This document shows, one piece after another, positions 52,883 to 63,876 of a stretch of DNA of 64,000 nucleotides. The stretch's first letter is position 1. Each line of letters begins with the position of its first letter. The stretch comes from an uncultured Acidobacteriota bacterium (lineage in GTDB: Bacteria > Acidobacteriota > Blastocatellia > RBC074), in the NCBI GenBank assembly GCA_963796275.1, contig CAWCKY010000004.1, positions 1,472,001-1,536,000 on the forward strand, written 5' to 3'. The translations under genes were made by a program, and so were the position numbers. Under the pieces are notes generated by a model, which was not told where the DNA came from, did not search any database, and was given only the letters and a program-made list of their open reading frames with translations.

Positions 52883-54869
52883 ATGTCACTCGATCAATTC
52901 TTCAAACGAATAGATGCTCGCTACCGGATGCCCCGTCCGGCGAACGCCTTGCATCTGGATGCTTACCAGGCCGGATTCCGTCTGCTGCGCGATATCGGCG
53001 AAGGGTTGGCGCTCGTGGCTTCCGGCATCGCGACATCCTTCGTGCTGTGGAAGATCGCCGATGTGCTGCTGCGCGTTGGCGTCGAGATACACGTCTATAT
53101 GATTTTCGGCATGGCCCTCGTCGTATTCATCGGGCTGGCCGAAGCCTCCACGCTCGTGATTCCCTACTACCGCATCTCGCAGCGACTGACGCATGGCTCC
53201 GCCCGCTGGGCGGACGTGCAAACGCTTAAAGATCTGGAGCTGGCCCACGATAACCGGCTGCCGCTGCCAGCAGGCGCGCTTCGCCTGGGAAGGTTGACGC
53301 ATCGATATGACCTTGCCTTGCCCTTTGAAAAGGCGCTAACCCACCTTGCGATCTTCGGCCCTCCGGGTAGCGGTAAATCATCGAGCTTCATCATGTCGAT
53401 GGCTAAAGATTGGGCGAGGAATGGCTCGGCGATCTTCCTGGACCCCAAAGGCGAGCTTTTCAAATACACCGCGCGCCATTTCAGGCGAGTCTATCGTCTC
53501 GACCTGGCCGACCCTCGATTGTCCGACCGCTGGAACTTCGTGCCGGCCTGCAAAGGTGATGCGGAACTCTCTCACGAGATAGCGTCGATCGTCGTTGGCT
53601 TCGACTTCAACAAGCATTACAACGGCGATCCGTTCTGGCCGCAGGCCGAAACGGCGCTGATGACTTCCCTGCTCCTGCACCTGCCGCAGATAGCTCACAA
53701 TCCCAGCCCCGCGATGATCGCCGAGTTCATCGCCGCCCGCGGCTTCGACGAGATCAACCACGAGATGAAGGAGTCGCCTGACCTCGAGGCGCAGGTTCAA
53801 TGGGGAATTTTCAAGAAGGCGGATCGCGAGAAGACGCAGGGCGGCGTCTTCGTCGGCCTTGGGACGAAACTCGCGCCGCTGCGCTCGCCTCACGCGATGG
53901 CGGTGATGCAATCGGTTACCGAGGAAGAGCGCGAGCGCGGTCTCCGCGAGATCGATCTCTATCAGCTGCGCGATCCGGGAACCGGCGTCTACGTCATCAT
54001 CCCGGAAGGCGACGCGACGCGCTACCGGATCGTGCTCTCGATCCTATTCGGTCTCGCGGCCTCGATCACGCGCAAGACGAGCAATGACGAGAACGGCGCG
54101 CCGGTGCTTCTCGCGCTCGATGAGGCCGGAAATATTCCTCTCCATAATCTGAGCGAAGCCCTCGGCGTGGGCAGAGGCAGACGATGCGGCATCGTCCTGG
54201 GTTATCAGAATATCGGGCAGCTCTACAAGCAACATGGCCGCGACGGCGCGCAGGCGATCCTCGGCTCGATCGGCACGATGGTCTTCCTGCCGGGGCTGGA
54301 TGCCGAGACAGCCCAGTACGCAGCAAAGAGGATCGGGCGCACAACCGTCTTTCAACACTCGGTCGTCGACGCGACGGGCGACGTTTACGACCACGACCGT
54401 TTGTCCGAGACAGGGCGCGATCTGCTCGATGCGGCGGAACTGCGGCAGATGGCGGAGCACACGCAGGCGGTGGCGATCATCGGAAGCGCGCCGCCGGTCA
54501 GGTTCGGCTTTCCGCATTGCGCCAAGGGCGGTCCACTCGCTCACCCGTTGCCGCGCGAGATAGCGCAGCCGGTATCTCTCGCAGACGCCGAAGCCGCATT
54601 CACAACGACGCGCAAAACGGATGAGGTAAAAACCCCTCGGGATAAGCCCACACCCACACCAAACGTTATCCCTCCCGAACCCTACTTCGATCGCGATCAT
54701 GGGCGATCAGATCGATGAAGATGAGGAGATCATCCCGCTGGATCCCATTCTCTATCCCCTCATCGAGGAGCGGCAAACAGGCTTATCGCATTCGCCCATC
54801 CCCGAGAGCGTTAGAACAGCTGACGCCGTCCTGACGCGCATCAATGGCGAGGAGGAAGCAGGGGCGTGA
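52883..54869 (+). CDS. virD4: Type IV coupling protein VirD4/TraG (C-terminal frameshift near 54690)
   Basis: Two TMs, THGSARWA, Walker A GPPGSGKS, LDPKGEL, WNF, DPFW, LALDEAGNI, GYQNIGQL, RDLL. The shifted frame continues as an acidic tail to TGA at 54869. Confidence 0.9.
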
Positions 54870-55393
54870 ATTCCAACGGTAAAACCAGGCTGAGAATCTC
54901 ATTCGTTCTGCTCTGCTCGGCGCTTGGCGCGCTCGTCATTACACACGCCTCCGCATCCGTTATGGAAATATGGCAAGCGCGCCAGCAGACGCCGCGTCTG
55001 GCGGTTGACAGTCTGGTGAAAGCGCTCCGGACGTATCACCGGCAGACGGGAAGATTCCCTACCGACTTCCGCGAATTGGAGGTCCGCGTCTGGAAGCACA
55101 AGAACCCTCCCGACTTCGGCCCCGACGGTCGTAGCCTGTCGATCGCCAACTACCACTATATCTATCATCCGGCCGGCGTCCGCGTCTGCACGATCTGGAT
55201 CATCCCGACAGGGCCGCGTCGTGACGAGGGCGCCACCCACTTTCTGCTCCTCTATCCTGACAATCTCCGCCGCTGGAAAGGTTCTCCGCTCTCGCTCGAT
55301 GAAATCAGAACGCTGCCGCCGGTACCACAGTACCGTGAGATGGCGCTCTTCGGTATGACGGAACAGCCGCAGATCGGCCTGGCCAGGAAGTAG
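54866..55393 (+). CDS. Pseudopilin/GspG-like protein, paralog B
   Basis: N-terminal hydrophobic helix, then SLVKALRTYHRQTGRFPTDFREL (GspG-type AL..Y....G.FP....L) and NYHYIY...TIWIIPTG. Confidence 0.55.
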   Translation: MNSNGKTRLRISFVLLCSALGALVITHASASVMEIWQARQQTPRLAVDSLVKALRTYHRQTGRFPTDFRELEVRVWKHKNPPDFGPDGRSLSIANYHYIYHPAGVRVCTIWIIPTGPRRDEGATHFLLLYPDNLRRWKGSPLSLDEIRTLPPVPQYREMALFGMTEQPQIGLARK

Positions 55394-58300
55394 TGCGGGA
55401 AATTATGCGCGCCGTGGTCAAGGTCAAACCGATGGGAGGCAAGGGCGCTTCCCGCGTGGCTCGTTACATCGCGGAAAGCAAGCTCGATCCCGTTCGCGAG
55501 GGCAAACGACGCCCCTTGTTCTCGGACCGCGATGGCGATCCGGCCGGGAGCGACGACCGGACATATCGCAAAGCCGACCGGTACCTGAGCGGCGGTCGCG
55601 GTGCTCCGCTCAAGAAAAACCTCATCCATTTCTCGGTCAGCTTTCGCGAAGAAGATTTCAAGCGTCTGGGTGCAAGCGACGATGAACGCAAAGGTCGATT
55701 GCGCGATGTAACGCGCGAGGCCATGGCCGGGGTTCAAGACGATCTGAACGTGGCCGGCTGGCGATGGATCGCCGGAATTCACCTCAACACCCTTCATCCA
55801 CACATCCACATAGTCGGTCACAAAGAAGTTACCGACCGCGAGACGGCCCTGCCACGCCGCCTGGGAAAGCTTCCCAAATGGATGCTGCCCCACAAAGAGC
55901 GGGAGTCTGACACCGCGATCCAGCCGGTGGACGGCGGCATCGCCGGGCATTTCATCGCGGCGCTGAACCGGGGACAGGAGCGTGCGAGGGAGGCGGAACG
56001 AGCAAGAGAGGATATCGCTATGAGCCCCAATAAGACGAAAAAATCGATTTCTCGTAAAGCAGTAAGCGTGAGGAAGGCCGAATTCTACAGGAAGGATGAA
56101 GCGCGCAGACGCGCGAACCCTCCCTGGCTCGATCGCATGCTGGAGATCGCCTCCCGTAACCCATCGCTCGGCGGGCGAGAACTGACGCTGGACATCCTCG
56201 GGCGAGAATCGAGGCTGGAACCGAAGCACGTAGAACCGAACTCGACTGACGACAGGGTCCGAGAGGAACCGAACCCGACTGACGACATCCGCTCCGCTTT
56301 CGCCAACGGGGGTTTGGACAATTCAGACTATCGTACTCCGCGGGATCAAGCCGCGTGGTTGGGCGAATACAGCAAGAGCCTGCGTGATCTCTACGAGCGT
56401 GGCGCTGAGGTCAAAGGCGACACGCTGATCATCCCAGCTGAGGAGCATGAGGTTCCGGACGAGCGCGATCACATACGCGTCATCAGCATCTCGCACGCGT
56501 TCGAGAAGATTCGAGACCCGAAGCTCGCGATGGAATTTCATTCCCTCGCCCGCGCCATCGCCGGGGAGTCCGCCGACACGGGAACCGAGATCAAGTTCTT
56601 TAAGCAATACTACGATCTGATCGAGCTCGATGCCGAAGGTAACAGACTCGACCGCCAGGATAATAATTACGAGAAAGAGCGCATAGCGGCACTCGACCGG
56701 ACGCTTGGGGAGATGCGTTTTCTCGCCGGCGAGATGGCGAGACTGGAGACGAAAGTGAGTCTCGACATAGTCCCATCGATTATGGAGCGCTCTCACGTCT
56801 ACCGGCATATTCAGGATTACGAGCGGGCCTCTGAGTTCTATTCGCTCGCCCAGGTCATCGCCGGGCCGGATGCCGATCTGCAAAAAGAGACCCAGGTCTT
56901 CAGCTACTACTACGGCAAACTCGAGAGAGATGACGCGGGACACCTGTTGACTCCAGAGAACGAGGCCGGAAGGCTGCAAGCCATCGATCGGACGGCCGCG
57001 GAGATGCGCCACGCGATCGAGCAGAAGGCAGAGATACCCGAATATGACGGAATCGCTCATGCTGTGGTCTCCCTCGATGAAGCAGCGGAACGCGAGGACA
57101 GGCACGAAGAAGATGAAGAGCATTCATTCATCGACGATGCGATCGATTATGGAGCCGGTGATGACACGGATGATCTTGACGGACCGGAGTACGAATACAC
57201 TATCGAGGAAGCATACGGTGAGCGCGAAGCGGAGGCGGCGGCCTGGCAATTCAACACCGCCGCGCGCAAGGTCAACCTCAAGCAGCTGAGCTTTCCCGGA
57301 GGGCTGGCGCCCGCGACCAAAGAATGGTTGATCGAGTTCAAAATCCCGGAGATCGATAAGCGGATCGAGAACGGCGCCAGCCTCATCGATAAAAAAGATA
57401 AAGACGGGGCAGTGCTGGAAAAAGGCATATTGTCCGACATCAATCGACTGGTCCAGCCCGAACGCGTCGAAATGTTGCGAAGAGTATCGGAAGCGGCGGG
57501 GGTGCGTGGAGACGAAGCACTTGTTCGCGCACCTAATACCAATGATATCGCCGAAGCCAGGCGCATACTTCTCGAACTTTGTGCTCACGAGAAGAGCGAG
57601 TTGGAGCGCAGGCGCGAGTTGCGCTCGAGGCTCGATTCAAACGACGAACGTGATCCGGGAGAAGCACGGACAAGAGTAGACACGGGCAGCTCCTACGTCT
57701 TCAATGGCAATACAGCCGCCCGTCTCGGACATATCGAAAGATTTATCGATGGTGTCCAGAAAAACCAGGTCGAACCCGCCGCGGGCCGGAGATCGATCCG
57801 TCCTTCGGATTCCAGCCTCTATGTGAGCCTGTCGAGCGACGATGAAGCGCCGCGCCTGCCAGCCGGCAATATCCGCGTCTACGATGCGATAGAGAAAATG
57901 GCGACCGGGGCAAAGCTCCAATTGTCCACCTGGATCGGTAGAGACGGCCCGGCGCTCATCAACGGTTTTACGGAGAAAGAATATGATTATCGGGTGAAGA
58001 TCGCCGGGTTCCTCAGAAGCTACGTCCAGGAGCGCCTCCGCGACCCGGAAACCCGCATCGCTCACGACAACGAAGACTTCCGCATCGCCCGTAATGCGCT
58101 CGACCGTGCGCGTGATTATGGAGAACTCAACCGCACGGCTTATGCCTTCATGAGCAGGAACGAGCGTGAGGGCAGACTGCTCAGCGAACAGGAGCGCCAG
58201 CTGCTCTTCTACGGCCGCACTCCGGATCATTACAAACCGCAGATGAGAGAACTACGGCAAGCCTGGGGGTTGCCGCGAGAAGGGCGTGAACAGGCGCTGC

Positions 58301-60794
58301 GCGACGGGCGGCTGCCGCCGTCCGCGACACTCATCAAGATGACCGATGAGCTTGAATCGCGCCGCAACGTCGAGTCGGTACGCCAGTATCAGAAGTCCTT
58401 GACGACTCCTCCCGAACAGATGCGCAACCCTGGCAGACTGCCCCTGTACCAGATGCATAAAAAGCTACTGGGGCACGAACGGGATTATCTTTTCCATCTG
58501 ACCGAGGAGATGAAACGATACCTGCCGGGTAAAGAGCCTCCGGTTCGCGAAGCGGAAAAATCTCCCGATGAGGCGGCGACGGGTCGTGCGTTCGGCGAAG
58601 CCCCAAATGAGAGCAAGTCATACAAGGAATACCTGGCCTCACTCGGAGAGATCAAGCGGCGACTGCTCGAAGAAGCTGTTTCACGCTTAAATAATGATAG
58701 AGGTTCGATTAACCACGCCGAACAGGTCCGAGTTCACAATCGCGCCTGCGACCTCGCCTGGGAACGACTCACATCCGAGGAAGTCTTCTCTTCACGGCCT
58801 TCAGAGCAGGCCCTTCGTTTGAGCGATGTGATAGCAAAGCTACAGGAGGAAGCGCAACCTCGGGCCCGGCTGGCGACTCAGGTACTCGATGAGTTCAGCA
58901 AAGAGAACATCCCGTCTTACGCAAATGGCCGGGTTCCCAGGGACGCCCTGGAACAACTGGATCCGTCTCTCAAGGATCGCTATAAGCAGCTCAAAGACTA
59001 TGCAAGCAGGACACGCGAGAGCTGTATCGTGGCTTCGAGGCTATCGATGGGATACGGAAAGAGATTGAAAAAGCTCGCGCCGAAGAGCGGATGGCTGATC
59101 GGATCACTCTTGGCAATGCGATCGTCGCCGAAGCACGTTATGAATGTGCGAGACTGGACTATGAGACGGCGCGCGATCACGGCGAGACATTCCGTTTTCG
59201 TATTCGTGACGAAAGCCTGAAAGCTAACCGCAGGATATCCGCGTTCGACGTCGAACGGCGCGCGGATGCCCGAGGAACGAGGGCCGCCGGCGAACGCGGG
59301 GCCGATCGCGCGGAGGAGCGACGGGGCATCAGGCAGGAGGTCGCGGCGCTCGACCTGGTCAATCACGCGGCGACCCTGCTGGAGCACGGTACAGTTCAGA
59401 GAACCCGGGTCAACAAACTCAAGGCGGAATCCGACAGGGCCGCGTACGAGAGCCTGATGGCCCAGGATAGAGCTCAGGATGTCAGGGCGAAATATCAGGA
59501 ACGCGGGGAGCAGATTCCAGCCCCTTTCATCAAGCGAAAGACGCTGACCGAGACTCAGGAACTGACCGTCAGGCATGGGCTCGCGGGACAGACCGAAACG
59601 CTCGAACAAATACGTGTAGCGCAGTCGAAGGAATTCAATCGGCCCGCGCGTACGGAGACTGAAACGGCCCGCCTCCGGGCGCAGCTATACGTTGCCCTGA
59701 CCGACTTCCAGGTGAGAGAGGAACGTGCCTCGCGCTACGATCGAACGCGACATCTCAGGCAGTGGGAGTTCGGCGGTGAGAAATGGTCGCTGGCCGATGT
59801 CGACCGGAAAATCGAACGGCTATCCGATGATGGCAAGATATTCGGCAGATACGAGCTTCACCTTGATTCCCTTGACCGCGAATCCGCGAAAGACGAGATC
59901 GGACACCAGAAAGCGATAAGAAATGAGATCGTCGCCAGGACCACGGAGCATCAGGGCGAACTGCGCAATCAGAAAGAGAGAGCGGGCGAGCTTGTCCAGA
60001 CGCTTTCCATTGCCTATGAACGCGAATCGGAGCGTCGCGCACAAACCGGCCAGGAGATACCGAATCCGATATTCGCGCGAGACGAGCTCGAGCGCATTGC
60101 GGACAATGCCGCCACGACGCGCGACGCAGCGATGCTCAGGCAATTCTATGAGTTCGAACGAGGATTCAACAACTATGCCGCTCCGAAGGAACAAATCTCA
60201 CCGGAGCGGCAGCTTGCGCGTGCGCTCGGCCGCGAAACGATGGCGGAAGTCTTCCTTCACGAGAGCGCGGAAAGGCTCTCGAACTTCCGGGACAGGAAAG
60301 ATGTTCAGCCTCTTCTGGTCGAAATGCCAGACGGCCATCTCATCACCCGCAGGTACACGGACACACAGCCGCGGTCGCCCCTGGAGCGGATAGCCCACCC
60401 CTTGATCGAGACTCCGTCGGAGCGCGATATCCGTGAATCGGTAAGGACGGCTCTGCAACATCAGCAACACTACCTAACTGCCGACCTGGAGAAGAGTCGG
60501 GCCTACTTTGAAGCGGCGAGGGAGATCGCCGATACCCTTTCCTACGGCAGAGAAAATGGCAGTTATATAAACCCGCCTTCGCGGGAATTCTCGCCGAAAG
60601 AGGAGATGAACATCGAGGTCTTCGCCGAGCGGCTGACTGACGAGGGACAGCGGGAACATTACCTGAGCCTTGTCGACCCAGAGCGTGGTTCCGCCACATC
60701 CCGACACGATTCACATAACAATTCTGATCACCAGAGGGAGGCGGCAACGCTCTCCCCGGATATGCCTGTGCCCGGAGTGGCGCGCGGGCGCTAA
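55393..60794 (+). CDS. Large HUH relaxase (MobP/MobL-like), ~1800 aa after joining a frameshift near 59020
   Basis: VARYIA (catalytic Tyr), IHFSVSF, AGIHLNTLHPHIHIV. ORFs 55393-59220 and 59091-60794 overlap. C-terminus ends ARGR. Confidence 0.85.
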
Positions 60795-60824
60795 ATCAAT
60801 CTCAATAAATGGAGGAGTAATTCT

Positions 60825-61097
60825 ATGAACGACAACCATTCTCAAGATCGCCAGCTTGCTGCCGAACCGGTGCAGGTATGGGTCTATCAGGACAACGTCG
60901 AGGCATTGATGAAAATCTGCGAGGAGGACGGGTTCCAGCCGGGCGAGGTGCTGCGGCACGCATTCGACGAGTGGCTGAGCAGGCTTCCCACCCTCACCGA
61001 ATTGTTCAGCGAGTCCATGCCGATATGCGATCCGGCTGAGACGACAGTTTCATCCAGTGAGAATCTCTTAGAAAGGATCCAGCGCGATGAATGGTGA
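60825..61097 (+). CDS. Ribbon-helix-helix (CopG-like) DNA-binding protein
   Basis: VQVWVYQDNVEALMKICEEDGFQPGEVLRHAFDEWL strand-helix-helix pattern; GGAGGAG RBS. Confidence 0.65.
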   Translation: MNDNHSQDRQLAAEPVQVWVYQDNVEALMKICEEDGFQPGEVLRHAFDEWLSRLPTLTELFSESMPICDPAETTVSSSENLLERIQRDEW

Positions 61098-61172
61098 ATC
61101 CCAATTGCGAGAGCGAGACCGCCGAACAAGCCCAGACAATCAAGACAAAGAGAGGAGGCGTCGGAATCTGCT

Positions 61173-61691
61173 GTGAAGAATAACACTAATGGCCGCCTGC
61201 TCGGTCAAACGTGCTCCTGTCGGCCCTACCAGGACAACTATGACGAGATTATAAAAATCTGCGAGCAGACAGGGCGCAAGCCCGCCGAAGTGCTGCGAGA
61301 TGCCATAGACGAGTGGCTGCTCATGCGCCATGGTTCCGAAACTGGCAGCGACGTCCTGCCATCAGACAACCGGCGGAGCGATCTTGGGGAGGAGATCAAG
61401 GAACTGCGTGAGGACATCAGGCGGCTCGCAGAGCGACAAGAGAAGTTGGTCAAAAGCCTCGACTATGTGCAAAGACGGGACCACGGATATCTGCTCGAAA
61501 TCTTCATGGCCGCCTATGGAGCGAGAGACCTGATATGGAGGGACATCTCAAACAGGATGCGCCATGGCAGACAGATGCCGGAATCGATTCAGGCGCAGTA
61601 CGAGGCTTTCGAGCAGGAATGGAGCGCACAGTGCGATGCGACGGCGGAGCAGGATCAAAGAGATTATCCGGAAAGGAAGACCTCATGCTGA
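61173..61691 (+). CDS. RHH protein with coiled coil (relaxosome accessory-like)
   Basis: CSCRPYQDNYDEIIKICEQTGRKPAEVLRDAIDEWL, paralogous to the previous gene. Confidence 0.65.
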   Translation: MKNNTNGRLLGQTCSCRPYQDNYDEIIKICEQTGRKPAEVLRDAIDEWLLMRHGSETGSDVLPSDNRRSDLGEEIKELREDIRRLAERQEKLVKSLDYVQRRDHGYLLEIFMAAYGARDLIWRDISNRMRHGRQMPESIQAQYEAFEQEWSAQCDATAEQDQRDYPERKTSC

Positions 61692-62474
61692 GACTTGATA
61701 TCGACCGTCCTGACGGCTCATCTGGACTCCGGAGCCGGATCGAGAGCGTCTACGATCGGATCGCGGGCAATGACGACTACCAGCGAAACGACCGTAGCCT
61801 CAAACTGATCCAATTCTGCGTAATCACAGTGAGCGCCGGTGCGACCGGATTTGTGAACGCGTTCGCTCACACGGAAAGACTCGGGTGGATCGGCGCGAAC
61901 TTACTGGCGGCCCTCATCACAGGATTCGTCGAGAAGTTCTACTTCACTCTGCGACACGGACTCGTGACTATCTACAGGTCGAGAAAGCAACGATTCGCCG
62001 CAAAACTCTGCTACCGGGCGATTCAGGCGACGATGATCCTCAATGCGACGATCCTCTGCGCCTGGGTAACTGGGATTACGCTGCCAGAGATTTTTCAAAG
62101 CTGGAATAAGCTTTCAATCGCCATACATTTTGGATTGGCCCTGATAGGAGTTTCGGCGGTGCGTGATCATGATGCGGTCACTGAGAGCCGCATCCGTGAA
62201 CTGAAGGCGGACGCCGCGCGTGAGGACATCGTCACGATCCGTAGGGCTGCCGCGGGAGACAGCCCATTTCCTATTGCTTGCGGCAAAACTCAGAGGATGG
62301 CTCGATGGAATCAATTTGGCTTTCGAACTCCTGCGCGACAAGACAGGAATCTCTGCCAACAACGTTAAACAGATCAGCTTCGGCCCAGACGGCACGTACC
62401 TGTTAGGCGGGAATGACGAGATAAACCAGGAAGGCAACCTGACTGATATCTCGGGAAAACGCCTGCGCCGGTGA
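61685..62474 (+). CDS. Four-TM hypothetical membrane protein (frameshift near 62270)
   Basis: Four hydrophobic segments in ORF 61535-62368; C-terminus continues in ORF 62220-62474. Confidence 0.6.
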
Positions 62475-63127
62475 GCGTTGAGCCAGCCCTTATGCCTGGA
62501 GCAGACCCTCAGCTTCAGGCGCCGCCACCGGCGCAAAGCAATCTGTCCGACCTGGCCGTCTCTGGAGCCACCGGATCAAATGGGCGATCAGAGGATGAGC
62601 AAGAAACCGTATATGTGCGGGGGAGCAATGAAGAACAACCGGGGGAGCATTTGGGGGAGCAGGCCTTAGAGGACACCGGTAATCCGGGGGAGCAAATGAT
62701 CGAGATCGACCGAGGGAGCAAGAACGTGAATACGGAGGAGCAATCCACACTCAAACGGGGGAGCAGTAATGAGAGGATGGGGGATTCTGCATCCGCCGGT
62801 GAAGATATGGTGGATGCGCCGGCATCGCAATGGTTGAAAACATTGTTGCCAGAAGGATCCGGTGGATGGTGGGACGTTTACCCGAAAGACAACGGTTTTG
62901 CAGTCAGGTTCCGCTGGCGCGATCAAGGGCGGCAAACGCTCACCTTTCCACAAATTAGTTACCAACATCTGCAAGAGTTGAAGCAGAGTAGCCCCGATGA
63001 AACAGGAATGAAAATAAACGAGCGAATTACAGACAGCCTTCGCAAATATTTACTCGATCCGGAAAAACGCAACAAAGCCATGCTCGTCGCTCGGAAACTT
63101 GGGATCGATCTCGATGACTCGCAATAG
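62471..63127 (+). CDS. Hypothetical protein: disordered N-terminus, C-terminal three-strand plus helix domain (Arm/AP2-like DNA-binding candidate)
   Basis: GTGA overlap with the previous gene; GWWDVYPKDNGFAVRFRWRDQGRQTLTFPQISY. Confidence 0.55.
   Translation: MSVEPALMPGADPQLQAPPPAQSNLSDLAVSGATGSNGRSEDEQETVYVRGSNEEQPGEHLGEQALEDTGNPGEQMIEIDRGSKNVNTEEQSTLKRGSSNERMGDSASAGEDMVDAPASQWLKTLLPEGSGGWWDVYPKDNGFAVRFRWRDQGRQTLTFPQISYQHLQELKQSSPDETGMKINERITDSLRKYLLDPEKRNKAMLVARKLGIDLDDSQ
62592..62765 (+). repeat. Array of eight CGGGGGAGCA-type direct repeats inside a CDS
   Basis: Copies start at 62592, 62618, 62640, 62652, 62685, 62711, 62733 and 62756. Confidence 0.85.
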
Positions 63128-63173
63128 GCTACTACTTCATCAATTTATTTTTCCGCAGTAATGTCTGTAAACA

Positions 63174-63876
63174 ATGACTCTCGAACGAGATGTTTTTCGG
63201 CATCTTCGTAAACATTGTAATCATCACTGGATTCAGCAGGATAGAGACACTCGGCAGTTTCGTTGCTGTCGTCAAGGCACCATCGGATTTGTGACCAATT
63301 CGCACTGCAGCAACACTCAGGGGAGGGTCCGAAGGAACCGCTTCTACCATCAGGCGAGCGCCTCCGGCACTACCAACCGCATTGGCCAGGAGGTCGCGGA
63401 CCCCACTTATTTCACCGGCGGCTCGTGTCCATCAGGGAGGCATTGCCTCTTCAGTGACAGTTCGTTTGCGCGAGTTCCTCATCCGAGTGGGCCATCGGTA
63501 GCTACTGCACTGGGAACTATCGCGCGCCCGCCAGTTGGCTCATTTACGTGGAACGGAACGGATACTTTCACGATAACCGCTGAAGCTGCCCCGGTGGCCT
63601 CGGCAGAATCCGTGACCAAGGTGGGTCGTACTACAGGCAGGACCAGTGTCACTATTCAGCAAACCTGCGCCAACTTTAACGTGGCGGACTCGACCCTCAC
63701 TCAGCTTTGCCAGGGCCGGGCGTCATATACTAGCTCCGGCGGAGTATAGCGGTTCTCCTGTCTTCAGGATCACTCCCTTCTTACTGAACGTTACACTTAC
63801 CGGTATCCACTGGGGGAGTGGAGGAGTATTTAGTCCGATCACAAATATCCAGATGTCCGGGGAGTTGGATCGATAA
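63174..63876 (+). pseudogene. Trypsin-like (S1, alpha-lytic-type) serine protease remnant
   Basis: GFVTNSHC, FSDSS, VTKVGRTTG. Catalytic GGDSGSPVF is restored by removing one T near 63746. No signal or pro-region seen. Confidence 0.8.
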
